64,000 nucleotides of DNA from Antedon mediterranea (taxonomy: Eukaryota; Animalia; Echinodermata): positions 26,585,175-26,649,174 of the forward strand of contig NC_092677.1 in assembly GCF_964355755.1 (NCBI RefSeq), read 5' to 3'. The first letter of the stretch is position 1. The number at the start of each line of letters is the position of its first letter. Positions 1 through 13,301 of the stretch are shown in pieces. Below the pieces are notes generated by a model, which did no database searches, was not told the DNA's origin, and saw only the letters and a program-made list of their open reading frames with translations. The position numbers and the translations under genes were made by a program.

Positions 1-392
1 GAAAAATCTTGTCTAACTCTAAAGCTCTGACTACACTATCAAACCTTATGTGGAAAAAATGTGATGTGCCTATATATGGACACAATGATGTCATATCACT
101 ACCATATTTAGGAATATTGCTACCATATTTGGGCACAGACAGAGCTTTTCAGTTGTGTGGTTTAGATCGATTGCATACCATCGGTCTATATTATTGAATA
201 ATTATTATCTTTTACTACACGGAAACGGAATTAAATGGAGAAAATTCTGTGTATTGGAAGAAGTGACCAGTGGCCGTATTCACCATTCACTGATGTGAAG
301 AGAAAAAGTATACATGAAACATTCAGTTTACACTGATCCTCCTTTGCATTACTTTAATTATTGACCTATTGTTTACATTGTTTCTATGTCAG

Positions 393-3300
393 GTTTCAGA
401 CTCAAAGATTAACATCCAGCAGCAGGAAGATAGCCATGCTAGAGTAGTATCAAACGTTGATCACCTCAAAGAAGAGCTTAGAGCGAGCAAAACAGAGCTT
501 CAGAAACAAACATCTGAGCATGCTCGATATAAGGATCGAGCGGATCAACTTGCGACTCAGTTGCAACGAGTGGAAGCTAACTCGACTAAGACGGTGAAAA
601 ACCTTGAGGAGCAGGTGCTTACGATCTCTTCTAAGGTAAAGCCCTGTTCACACTTGCAGTTGGAGTCCCACACTTTAAAGCCTTGTTCACACAGGTCCTT
701 CACCCCTCTGCATTTAGTGAGTGTTAATGCAGTAATTATGTGCGGTGTACATTACATGTTCAAAATGTTATTATATATTTTATATCTGGGCATATCACTA
801 CCGTATTTAGGCACATCACACCTTTTTGTCAAATTAGTTTGATAGTGCAGACAGAGCTTTATGATTCAAATGTTCTTGTAGGTACATGGACGAGAGGAAG
901 CCTTGCAGAGGTTGCAGCATGAGTACGCAAAAATGGAACATCAATTAGAAGAACAAACCGATAAGAACAACCAAGCCCAGCAATTGATAGCCTCCCTCAC
1001 AGATGAGATCAAACAGTATCATGAAGAGTTAGAAAGTAAAAGAGAAGACATTCTGGGTTTGGAGTCTACCGTAACTAACCTAAAGAGGGAGCTGTTGAAA
1101 AGACAACAAGAGGTAAGGAATACAGTAGTTTTTTTAAAGAGGTACTTTTTTGTCACATAGTCAAATAAATATAACAAACAATACTATTTGTATTTATATA
1201 TATATTATATTTATATAATTATGATATTATTTATTGTATTTAGGGAGAAGCTCAGGAAGATAAATTGAGGAAATTGGAAACAGATTTTGTGTCTTATCAA
1301 GACAGCCATCGCTGTACAAACCAAGAGGTAAAAGATAGTAGGCCTATTATCAATTTATTGTATGCACTGTCTATTTCAATGTCATGTGAAAGCAACAAGT
1401 AAGGCATTGAATCATAAACAGTGGCGGATCCAGGATTTTGAAATAGGGGGCCAAAGCCTAAAAGTAGTCAAATGAAGGGCTGAGCTTAATTTGATGTCCT
1501 ATCTTTTGCATTACAATTTGCATAATTTAGAGAGTGGCCAGCTGGGACCCCACTTGGATCCACCCCTGATAACCATTGTTTAGACATGGCACATAAAGCT
1601 CCTATAGTGGTTTGTAACCATGTGAAGATTTTTGACATGCTGCAGTCTAAGGGGAAAACAATTGTCAAAAATGATTTTCTAAATTGATTGAATACATAAA
1701 TACATAAAAATGAATAATATACAATTAATGTTTAGTTTTCACATGTTCTTTATATTCAATTTCAATAGGTTGATAGTCGTGATCGTGATATTGAGAATTT
1801 AAACACCGAAATCTATGCATACCAGGAACAGGCGTCGGCTCAAGAAGCTGAACTGAAGGAATTGCGAGTAAAATGTCAAGACTTTGAGCGAGCGTTAGCC
1901 TCTGTGAAGGAGCAACGTAATAGTGCCGCTAAAGAAGTTAAGAGGCTGGAGCAGAGTCTGCAACAAGTTCAGCAGAATGTGACATCATCAAAGCAGAAAT
2001 ATAAAGCTGAGGTAAGTTTGTTTGTGAACTTGAAATTGTTCACGGTTTTTTTGTCTTCTATCTTCTTAGTTTATTCATAAAAACATATAATATATGAAGC
2101 TCTGTCTACACTATCAAACTAGTTTGTGATGTGCCCATATATGGTAGTGATATGACATCATCATGTCCATATATGGGCACATCACTATTTTTTGTCAATT
2201 TGATAGTGTAGACAGAGCTTTGAAAAAGCATGTATTTTGTTTAATTTTAGTTGATGCGATCAGAGGAACAAGCAAAGAGATTGAAGGAAGAAACGAGTGA
2301 TTTACAGAAACAAAAAGACTTAATGAAAGCTGAGCTGTCTGCCAAAGATGAACAGTTACAAAGAAAGCAGCAGGAGATACTGAAGATGAAAAGCCAAGCC
2401 GCTGCCAAAGTGGATGAGGTATTATTTTAATATATATCTCTTTTGCCCACTCCCAACTCATCTCATTGTTTGCAATCTGTGTACCAAAGAATATTGATGC
2501 AGGTTGTTGAGATTCTGTGGTCGTATTCACCATTCACACTTTAGGGAAATACTTTAAATTAACTGAAACACTTACTATTTAAAGGAATTATCTCACTTAA
2601 ATGTGATTGGTGAATACGAACACTGATTCTGACTGGGATTTTTTAGATATTGATAAAGTTACTATTTGTCACCTATTGGAATTATTGGCGAAATAATACA
2701 TTCTCTCTGTTTTCAGATTGAGCATCTAGAGGCCAGAATTCAAACAGCTCAGATAGAGATTAGAGAACTACAAACAATTGCAAGACAATTGGAGAATGAG
2801 AAGGAAGCAGTAGAGGTGTCATTGAAACAGTTGGAGGAAGACTTATCAGAGGCATCACATCAATACAGAAATGCTGCACAAGAGGTATATTAAGCTCTGT
2901 CTACACTATCAAACTTTATGTGACAAAAAATGTGAACATATATGGACATGATGATGTCATATCACTACCATATTTGAGCACATCACACATTTTTTGTCAA
3001 ACTAGTTTGATAATGTAGACAAAGCTTTAGAGATAAGGATAACACAGTCTGTTTTTAGAAGACTATTATTAGTTAAATAGTAGGATAATTATATAGTAAG
3101 AAGCTTTCTAAGAACTAGTTAAATGCAGAGAAATGTTTAGCGGATTCTAGTCCAGGTAACCACAAACTATGATCGACCTTTCAGGGAGTTTCCAGTTTTA
3201 GAGAGTAGTTTCAGGAACTAGTTACATCATGTTTAATTCATTTTTTAGTGGATTCTAGTCCAGACGACCACAATGTAATAGTTTGAGACCTTTATCTTTT

Positions 3301-6300
3301 GTGGAGTTTTCCAGTTTTTAAAGAGTCTGGCTTCAGAAGAGTTGATTGGAACCTTTTTTTTTTATTACAGCTTGCTCACCATGAAGAGAAGCTTATGCTA
3401 ATGGAGAACAGTCTGCAGACGACACAAGAACAATTAAGTAGTAATGTCTCGCAGGTTGTCCGTCACGAACAATCAAACAAACGTCTACAAACCGAGTTGA
3501 TGTCTAACAAGAAGAAGGTCGAGGATCAAGAAACTAAGTTGAATGAGCAAAAGCAGTTGATGGAACGGTTGAAGAAAGAGTTAAATGAAACACAGGTTGA
3601 GCTTGAGGGAACTAAAGAAGCGATGGTGAAGAATCGGCAGGATTTAAGTGCTTTGGACGGCCAGTACCGTGATGCAATGGAACAAAATAGAATGATACAA
3701 TCCAAGGTTTGTTCCATTTACACCTTGTAAATTATTTATTCGCAGTCAAACACCAAAAACGTTGTACATGATGATAGGTCCTATTTGCCCCTTATTTACA
3801 TAATGTACAATAAAAACGGACAGTGATTATACCTATGATTTTGAGTATCTTAAGCTCTGTCTACACTATCAAACTGTATGTGACAAAACAAATGTGGTGT
3901 GCCTATATATGGACATGATGATGTCATCAATCAATTTTGTGTGTGATATGTTGCAGCTTGAGAATGAACGACAAAACATGGAACGTGCACGAGAAGAGTT
4001 ACAGTATGAGAGGCTACAGGGGCAAGAAGCAGCGTTACAGTTGAAGAACTCCAAAAAACAAATAGCAGAAATTGAACAAGAAATGAATACAAATAAACAG
4101 TACTATAAAGCAGACAAGAACAAGGTTAGTTTGATCCATACAACTATATTTTAATCTACGTGGGACAAGCACACGATTTTCCGCTTACAGTTACTGCTCT
4201 TCTGTGTGAATTGGTCTTTAAGCTCACCCTCGGTTATTAGCCTTATTTTTTATAAACCAAATCGTTTATCCATAAAGGCTACATTCTTAGTTATACGCCC
4301 ATTTCCTAGAATATTACTTTCTTTTGTCCATAAATTTTATTTTTAGCTAAATGAGTTGGAGACACTCACGAGTCAGCTACAATCTGAGTTAGACTCTGCC
4401 CACCAGAGGCTAACACTGACAAAGCAGGAGTTAGCAGAGAGAGATAACCAGTTAAGAGTTGCTAGAAAGAGCCTAGACTCTGTGCAATCAGCCTCCCAGA
4501 AGCATACCTCAGAGATAGCCAAGTATGATGAGTTGATTAATCATTTTCAGTTAGAGGCTGAGGAGAAAGAGGAAGTGATCAGGAATTCAAACCGACAGGT
4601 ACTAACAAATATATCATGCATTGTGTCTCTGTAATGTTACTGACGAAATATATTCACTTCATCCTAAAATCTGTATTTAAAATTTGTCAGGAGCCTGATC
4701 ACCCTCTAAATAAATTCTTTAAGCTTAGCCAAACTGGTAGACTGATCACTCTGAATCAAAACCTCAAACGCTGCCGACAAATATTTGTTTATAATTCATG
4801 TATTTAATAGCAAGTTTATAAGATCTCTTTAGATTCATTGGTTACAAGCTTTCTTTTTTCAATTCATTTTATAGTATGTAAATCAAAATTTAAACCAACT
4901 AAATATCATTGTACCTCGTTGTTAAAATGACAATAAATATATCGTACAATAAAGGCAAAATTTGATACAGCACTATATACACAACTAAATTTCTGTAAAA
5001 TAATAATTTCAGTTGAATTGAACCATGGAGAAGATAAATAAATTAATTATTTCCTCTATGATTGAATTAATTCCTTCCTTAAATTCCTATTGATTAAAAA
5101 TGAATGATTTATTTAACTTTCAGCTAGAAGAGTGTCGAATGCAGCTGGACAGTGTTCACAGGCAGCTAGCAGAGACTCAAGGCAAACAACAGGAAGCCAT
5201 GCACCAGCTAGGTGATAGGGCTTCAGTAGCAGCTAAGGTCCAAGCTGAGCTTAACAAAGCTGACCAACAGAATCAGATACTTAGTCAACAAGTTAGTATA
5301 ATCATTTTTGTTTTATGTGTTGTTCTGATTCTGTCCCATTTGTGGTGTTGTGGCTGGGTTCAAGTCCTGTCAGTGATCAGATTTTTTCTAATGACTTCCT
5401 AATTTATAACTCCACTCCCAAAGACTTTTAATAAGACTTTGTTTATGTAGAGCATCTTGTGTATATGTTTGTCTTGTAAAGAAGATTTTTTTTAACGAAT
5501 AGTGAATGAATTTGCTTATGGTTATCTATATATAAATTTACGTAAGGGCAAAATTCGGTAAATCGCGCCTTACTTCTAGAATTTTCACTCGATGGTATGT
5601 AAAGTTGGTTCGTACTTTCGGTACTGATTTTAACCGCCTGATGTAACCCTGTTTACTAATTAAATTGAGTTAGATAATTAGTTATTGACGATTAAAACGA
5701 ATTTAGGTTCAAAGATTTGCCCCAAATAGGGGTGTTTTCCGATCGTGGTATACACTGTCTAATGGATGTCCATCTTGAAAAATACCTGCCAAAAAAATGC
5801 GAGGAGGCTTCGCATTTTTCTATCTCCTCCTACGATAATTGTTTTTAATAGCTGAAAACCGGTTGAACAGCTAGAGTACACCATCATAATGTTGAAGACA
5901 GGCCGATTTTCTTTAAAAAATACTATTTTGATAGATTTAATATACGATTATACAAATGTATTGATTTGCGATGAATGGAACATCCCAATCTCTCAGTCTG
6001 CCAGAGTTTGGTTTAACACAAGTACTGTAGGTAAATTTATGAGCCCTTGGTTTAACACATACGGTAGGTAAATATATGGGCCCTTTGAGAATAAACTTGC
6101 AATACTTTGACAATACTGTAAATACCTATTAACTATTTTTCATTTGAATCGAACATTTCTTACTGTGAATGTTCGTACTGTTAGATGTAATATAAAAATA
6201 TATACAAATAAACTTTATTACTGAGACTGTGGATAGGCTCTACTGTTAGATATACAAATAAACTTTATACTGACAGTTCCTTCTCAACGTTTGTATTAAT

Positions 6301-9300
6301 TAATAATTACCAAAAATATAAACGTCGTAGTGGTGTATCGTGACATGTACTTTAATATTTCAATCGATTATGACAGTGACAGTTTTAACAAAGTATTAAA
6401 TCGCAAATGTTTTAGGCCTACTGTATTTAGAGGTATATTATTTATAGGCCTATAAAACATGAACAAAATATTTCGTTACTCAGTGGATAAAGAATATATT
6501 TAAAAATTGTTCCTCTTTGTACCTATCCGCTTTCCCATCCCTCAACCCTAATGTTACATAGCGAGGAGGCTTCGCATTTTCCTATCTCCTCCTACGATAA
6601 TTGTTTTTAATAGCTGAAAAACGGTTGAACAGCTAGAGTACACCATCATAATGTTGAAGACAGGCCGATTTTCTTTAAAAAATACTATTTTGATAGATTG
6701 CTAGAGTACACCATCATAATGTTGAAGACAGGCCGATTTTCTTTAAAAAATACTATTTTGATAGATTTAATATACGATTATACAAATGTATTGATTTGCG
6801 ATGAATGGAACATCCCAATCTCTCAGTCTGCCAGAGTTTGGTTTAACACAAGTACTGTAGGTAAATTTATGAGCCCTTGGTTTAACACATACGGTAGATA
6901 AATATATGGGCCCTTTGAGAATAAACTTGCAATAGGTTCGGAAAATGTTAAAAACCAATTTCTATTATTTGAATCGGTAAACAGTTTCCATTTATTATAC
7001 ATTGATAATGAAACATGAAATATTCCTATTTATGTCCCTCGAGGTTCATTACAATTTATATTTAGTAGTCCCACGGACTTCATCTTAGCCACTCCCCCGA
7101 GTGCTAAGGCCAAATTTATGATACCCTACTTTCTATGTAAGTTTAGTTACAGTTAGTTCTTGACGATAATACAACGAATTTAGGTTACACCCTTCGGCCG
7201 CGAAAACGTTTCTGTACAAATATGATACCGATTGGCTTTATTTCATTCAACAGCGACCATAATCTCGCCAATTACAGGATAGATAAACTATTTTATTATT
7301 GATGTGCTTATAAATTAAGACTCATGTAAACAGCTTGATTACATCATTTTACAGACAAACGAAACTTTTTTAAACCTACTGTTTCAATAACTGAGTATAA
7401 TACTGTATACGTTTTCATAAGTAAGTGCATATACATTTTCGTGTTTTCATTGACGAGATTGTAATAGTAACTTCAGTAACTATTACAGTACTTATTTATT
7501 ATACGACACAAGACAATTGTATCTGACAGGTACGTACATTATTCTAAAAAATAAGTCTAGATAGATCCCTTAGGCGTCATAAATCACAGGCCAACAAATC
7601 AGTACTCATGACAGAAATTCGACCCAGTTCAACACCACAACCGATGATTTGCCCTAAATATTTAGGTAGACTACAGTTTAATTTTTCACTGAATAGGAGC
7701 TTGAATTTCCGATTTCCATTTCGCAGAATGTCTAGGTCTATTTATTTAGTTTGGTTCTTATAATATATAAATACAATCAACTTTATTACTGCGGTTCCAT
7801 CACCACCACCACGTGCCGCCCAATTCCCGTACATACATTTCCATTTCTCCCTAATTTCTTTAATCCACATAAATTAATTGTCCTTTATGGAATCCAGTAT
7901 TGGTTTTGTTGTCTCTATTTCTGAATACCCCAATTAGGGGGACACTTCCGTTTTTGTTTAGTGTCCCAAAAAAGTCCCCGTCCGTGGATTCTACTGTATT
8001 CGAGAACCATCTGTGAGCACCCCTAGATGGTACGCGAGCGAAGCGAGCGTGCCATCTAGTCCTTGGCAATTTGCCTAAATATTTAAAAACAAAAAAATGC
8101 ATTATCGTCATCAAAATCATGCATTGATTGTCTAAATTGAAGCGTTGGAAATTCAACCATTTCAAACCATGTGGTTGGAGCTAATTATGAATATTTGATT
8201 AGCTTCTGAATTTGAATTCTAAGAAAGAAACGTATTTAACCATCTTTAGGTGAAGATGTATGAAGACAAGATGAAGAAACTGCGAACAGAGCTTCAAAAG
8301 GTCAACGAACTAAATCATGAAAGCGAGACGGAGGTACAGCGTCACGAGTCGAAGCTACAACAACTAGTAGACAGGCTGGAACTGTCGGAAGAGAAGCACA
8401 GACAGAGCCTACATGAGCTTGCTTCAAGGGAAGAACAGATAGTAGTGCTAAAGGTTGAACTAGCATCTACTGCTGAGAAATTAAGGCATAGAACAGATGA
8501 GGTATGTACAGTCAACTCTCCCAATACCGGACACCTTTGGGCTGGCCAAATATGTCTAGCTTTCTGGAAAGTCTGGTATTCGGAATGTGTTGTTAATGGT
8601 TAAAAATAGGGGATTTTGGTCCCTGAGCAAAGTCTGGTGTTGGGACAGTATCTGGTTTTCAGAGAGTCTGGTATTGGGAGAGTCGACTGTACTACCATTG
8701 TCAAAAGTGGAATTGTAGCTTGATACTTTACCTACCAGTCCCTTGGTCCTGTAATGTGCCTAGGTATTTTGTCATGTGATGTGCTCATGTGTGTGATGTG
8801 CCCAGGTATTCGGAATGTGTTCTTAATGGTAAAAATTTTGGAGATTTTGGTCTCTGAGAAAAGTCTGGTATTGGGAGAGTTTCTGGTTTTCAGAGAGTTC
8901 AGTATTGGGAGAGTCGAGTTATACCATTGTCAAAAGTGGAATTGTAACTTGATGTTTGCCTAGCAGTCCCTTGGTCCTGGGTTCCAATCCAATCAGATGT
9001 CAGGACTTTCTCATGACAACTCACTCTACAAAGAATTGTTTAAAGACTTTGTTTATGTACGTACGGTGCCTTTTCTTGTGAACAGGATTGCCACCTTTAT
9101 GAATGATAGTGAATGAATTCACATATGATTATTCTTTACAATTTGCCTAAATATATTTTTAAAAAACAAATAAGTGATAAGCAATCAGAACATACTTTAT
9201 TTTCCCCAGTTGTATTAATTGCAATGTACCTTTTTAATACAGACAAATAAAATCAGCACAGCGTTAGAGGCGATGCAAAATCATTTGCAAATGACGACAG

Positions 9301-11741
9301 AGGAGAGGGACCAATTAAGAGCTTCGTTGGAAGAGTCGAGAACAAGTGGTGATAAGCTGCAACAGGAGAGTGAGCTAGTGGTGTCTAATATCAACACGTG
9401 GGTACAACAACAAAAGTAAGTGATCATTTAGTATCATCATTTTTATTATTATTATCGCTATCATTTTCATTTAAAAAATAGAAATGTTTACATTTTGTTC
9501 AAATAACTTTATCTGGCTTATAATTAAAGATGTTTTGTCCCCCAAAAACATAAAAAATGAAGATTTAATAAAATCAGACTTTTAATAGGCCATTTTGTAG
9601 TGTCAACAAAGTTAATCACTTTCATAGAAAAAAAAACCTGAAAAATAGAGTTTTCACTAAATAATAAAATATAACGGTTATATTCAGCCAAAAACTACTA
9701 TTATTTTTTCAGGTAATTTTTTTTAGATCCAATTTTCGGTGAAAGTGAATAACTATTATGTGACATTAAAACGGCATATTATAAGAAAATTGTTTTTCTA
9801 ATTTTTTTAGTGGACAATATGTCTTTAATGTTAATTTTTAGCAATTGTTGAATTTATATTCTTTTATAGGCAAGCGAATGAGAGATTGGGGAACAAGATA
9901 AGAGAGCAGAATCAATCTATCCGTGCCCTCAACAGTGAAAAAGAGTAGGTTTACTTGTATACATGTACAATACAATAAAACATATATTATATCCCCAAAT
10001 TAGAAAGTATCTGAACTTTGAAAATGAGAAACAACCAAATGAATTTTTTTTTCTACAGTTATTTAATTTTATTCATATTTCTCCCCCATTCTACAGGCAA
10101 TTAATTGAAAGAGTGGACAGTCTCAACCAAATGGTTAACAGATTAAAAGTTGAGAATGAAGAATTGAAGATTTCAGCTGAAAGGTTAAAAGCATTACAAA
10201 ACCACTCAGCACATCAACAGGCTTTGCTACACCAACTTAAGAACAGACTGCAGGAACATGAGTAAGTTCTGAAGCTCTGTCTACACTATCGAACTTTATA
10301 TGACAACAAAATTTTGATGTGCCCATATATGGACATGATGATGTCATATCACTACCATATTTGGGCATATCACTATCATATGATGTCATATCACTACCAT
10401 ATTTGGGCACATCACACTTTTGTCAAACTAGTTTGATAGTGTGGACAGAGCTTAAGAGATAGCATTTGTTTATTATTATACACATTTTTACTATTGCACA
10501 CGTCCATACACATGGTGTATCAATGAACGAAATTGTACTGGTATAGTTTTAAAATTAGTAATAATACACGGCAAATAAAACATTTTTTTGTCTGACAGAA
10601 ATGATCAAGAACATGAACTAGCCAACAAATTAGCCACCATTGAAGATCTTCACATCAGACTGAAGGCAAATGTAGACTCCATCCAGCAGTTAAATCAACA
10701 ATTGAACACTTTGAATAAGGAGAATTCAAGGCAGCGTACAGAACTGGAGCGAGAGCGGGCTGGACGTAATAGCCTACACTTACAACTTGAAAGCAAGGAG
10801 CAAACATTAGCTAGCCTCAAAGCACAGGTAGAGAGATAATAATGTATATGTAGATGTGATTGAGAAAGTTTGTTTAATATGCTTGATTGGTGAATTCAAT
10901 TTCTTAGTGTAATGTTGTATCTGATTGAATAAATACCATTACACAGCAGAAGATATATAATATCAATGTGATAACAGACAGCATTATATACTAGTGAAAT
11001 ACTAAGTATTCACTTACATAGTAGAATTTTATGCATCATTAGGCTTTTTCTACACTATCAAATTAGTTTGATGTGTCCAAATATGTTAGTGATATGAAAT
11101 CATCATGTCCATTTTTTTCTAGCTTGATGCAATGAAATACCAACTAAAAGAGGCTAGTTATCGTCAGAATGGGGAAAGCCAGCTTGACTCGTCCATCCTG
11201 CCAGACTCGGCGTATGCGTCGGCTTTAGAACGAGGCTTACAGAAGTCCGCTAGCAAGGAAAGGGTAGGTCAGTGCATGCCTCTGTTGTTTTTGTTTTACC
11301 GTTAAAAAAACTTCACTTTATGCGCTGTACACTTCATGCACTCAAACCTCTTTTAAGGAGCCAACTTAGTACTAGATCACTAGTACAATTTACCAAGTTT
11401 TATTTTATATTTTTAACCACTGTTGCACTACAATTTTCATCATAATAAACGGCACCTTATGTTAAGCACCTTATTTATTAACTCAATCACAAGATATAAT
11501 TATTTGAACAAAACTTTATATTTTTTACCAGACCGACCTTAATTGGAGCATGACAACCGATGAAATAGCCTTAGCTGATCCCGACCGCTTTGCTAAGGCC
11601 TACTGGATACAGCGTGTTGGTGAGTTGTCAGTTCAACTTCAGCAAAGCAGCGAGTATTGGTGTGGGAAGGTGCGTGAGCTGTCAGCGCACATTGAACGCA
11701 CGTCCCAGACACCGTCACCAAAGAGGATTACCAACGATTGA
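393..11741 (+). CDS. PMFBP1: Long coiled-coil protein, PMFBP1-like (polyamine-modulated factor 1-binding protein 1); the 5' end lies outside the window
   Basis: In-frame GT-AG exon chain: 393-635 (or 393-614), 882-1112, 1244-1327, 1769-2011, 2251-2418, 2717-2884, 3371-3706, 3957-4124, 4347-4598, 5124-5291, 8250-8501, 9243-9415, 9870-9944, 10097-10261, 10599-10827, 11123-11263, 11532-11741 (TGA). E/Q/K/L-rich heptads throughout. The segment NINTWVQQQKQANERLGNKIREQ resembles the PMFBP1 C-terminal region as recalled. Gene structure is solid; orthology is less certain. Confidence 0.72.
1419..1568 (+). mobile_element. hAT-like MITE (CAGTGGCGGATCCA TIR)
   Basis: TIRs CAGTGGCGGATCCA / TGGATCCACCCCTG. 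A second copy in reverse orientation lies at 46817-46986. Confidence 0.75.
2893..3026. mobile_element. MITE family A copy
   Basis: Both TIRs and a TTA TSD; starts 9 bp after a PMFBP1 exon end. Confidence 0.88.
5340..5524 (+). mobile_element. SINE-like repeat (B-box GGTTCAAGTCC) interrupted by the Helitron; relatives at about 8975-9155 and 40975-41055
   Basis: Shared block CACTCCCAAAGACT..TAATAAGACTTTGTTTATGTAGAGCATCTTGTGTATATGTTTGTCTTGT. Confidence 0.65.
5525..8059 (+). mobile_element. Non-autonomous Helitron (2.5 kb) in a PMFBP1 intron
   Basis: 5' end A|TCTATATATAAA; 3' hairpin CTAGATGGTACGC-gagcgaagcga-GCGTGCCATCTAG|T; inserted between A and T with no TSD. The rejoined flanks match an uninterrupted related repeat at about 9105-9155. 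Internal duplication 5799-6103 / 6561-6933. No RepHel ORF. Confidence 0.85.
8509..8689. mobile_element. pogo/Tigger-like MITE with TA TSD
   Basis: TA|CAGTCAACTCTCCCAATACC...GGTATTGGGAGAGTCGACTG|TA. A partial tandem duplicate lies at about 8800-8980, with relatives at 30387-30565 and about 62080-62146. Confidence 0.8.
9528..9824. mobile_element. Kolobok-like non-autonomous element with TTAA TSD
   Basis: TTAA|AGATGTTTTGTCC...GGACAATATGTCT|TTAA; homologous to 55854-56280. Confidence 0.75.
10273..10452. mobile_element. PIF/Harbinger-type MITE family A (representative copy; about 17 copies in the window)
   Basis: TIR AGCTCTGTCTACACTATCAAAC...GTTTGATAGTGTAGACAGAGCT with a TAA/TTA 3-bp TSD (clear at 2893, 35936, 54405 and 61993). 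Other copies are at about 23-146, 780-858, 2098-2219, 2893-3026, 3853-3927, 11041-11112, 27201-27338, 28525-28670, 30215-30375, 35936-36039, 48694-50908 (split), 54405-54460, 55439-55558, 58555-58675, 60485-60563 and 61993-62077. Confidence 0.9.
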
Positions 11742-12539
11742 ACTAATATTTATAATTTAGATGCCTTGTTGGTTGGATATAATAATAATAATATTTATTC
11801 AGCAATTGCATAATTTGCCAGGTTCAAGTACAATATGCATGACCCCAGACGAACTACTTTTACTCCATTGATGCATCATACAGAAATATGGGCAGCTACC
11901 AGGGCAAATAATAACACTGTGTGATACCACATGTATTGCTATTTTTGGCAGTTGAGGAGTTCCATATGCCAAGCTAATAAAAACCAAAATTGGTATAACT
12001 TTCATAATGGAATATTATGTACATTTGTGAAAACTGTATATACATTTTATAGATTTTAATATTTGCAGTACATGTTTGTTAATAAAGTTTAACTGCAAAA
12101 CAATAAAATGTTCTTGTACTTAAAATTTAAATAGAACAGAATTGTCCACCAAAAAAATGCAACATTTATATTTTTAAAATATAAAATATAATTCAAATAA
12201 TTGAATTATTTTATTATGCAGTAGTGAAAATAGTAATAACAGTAATGTTTCCCTTCAATATGAACTATAAGTCGTCTTGAATAAGTGCCTTTCTTAAATA
12301 TATTATTTTATTCTAAATATGGAATATTTCTTTCCAGTAAAGTGTTATGATTTGATGTACATATTTTCATTTTTTTCTTTTGTATATATTTGTAAGAATA
12401 ATGAATACTTTATGAGATTAGTTGTGCTCATGTTTTGAATTTTAAGACATCTGTATGTATTTTTTTTGTATAAAATTCAAAACATTTTTTGTATAAATTA
12501 TAGCGAAAATATGTGTCTATTTTTTTCCATTCACTTCAT

Positions 12540-13230
12540 GTGATGAGCAGCTTACTGCGCGTACAGACTTACTTCCGTTACGCGCGTGCTGAGGCTACCC
12601 TGGGAATACAATTAACCAATCGTAACTCTATTACGTGGAAGAACCCATTATTACTAGGGGAGGTTAATTATCATCGAGGTGGTGAATAAGAGCCTATTTA
12701 ATATACCAAAAAGCAATGTTCGAAGTACTTTATTAATATAAACAATTAACCAACATCAGAGATCTTTAAAAAAATAAAAATATTATATGTAACAAACTAA
12801 AAACAACTTTATAATACATATGTGCTGTTCTTTGTTTGGAATAGCCTAAATCTATTTTACCTCCATGGCCTAAATAAGGTCGTCTGTTCTGAAATCTAAG
12901 ATTTGAATTTTTCTGGAGAGTTGGAAAACAGAGTGTTGCTAGTTACGCAATGTAAATAAGCGTAGCACATACATAATATTTGCTTAATTTTGGATACAAG
13001 TAAGTATAGTTTCGAACAGGGACAATTTTGTCCATGGTTCAAATAATTAATGTATTTTATTCGTTGATTTAAATGTTAACCTGGATTGTTTGTCTCGCGG
13101 TCGTCGAAACGAAAACTTTTACACAGAACAAGTCTACCGCCCTCTTTAATCCACCAACCACAAGGCGACTTATCTAATAATTACTGTTACCATAGAAACA
13201 AAAAGCCAGTGTAAGTTAGCTGCTCATCAC
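12540..13230. mobile_element. Candidate 691-bp TIR element with a 4-bp TCAT TSD, superfamily unassigned
   Basis: TCAT|GTGATGAGCAGCTTAC ... GTTAGCTGCTCATCAC|TCAT (15/16 inverted match). Confidence 0.6.
13186..13199 (+). promoter_or_regulatory. RFX X-box-like motif GTTACCATAGAAAC upstream of CFAP90
   Basis: Near match to GTNRCC-N(0-3)-RGYAAC, about 100 bp before the ATG of a ciliary gene. Confidence 0.55.
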
Positions 13231-13301
13231 TCATTGCGGTGGTGGTAGGCAGTGATCGTAACTAAACTCAAATAATAAGAACTCAAGGCCTAAAAAGTAA
13301 A

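Noticed and set aside
5889-6901. Duplicated small ORFs (MLKTGRFSLK...) as Helitron-captured genes
   Set aside because: They are short, start at TTG/non-canonical codons and have no recognisable domain; the internal duplication explains them.
12540-12593. Box C/D snoRNA (GTGATGA...CTGA)
   Set aside because: Only about 54 nt, intergenic and without a terminal stem; the C-box-like sequence is better explained as a TIR.
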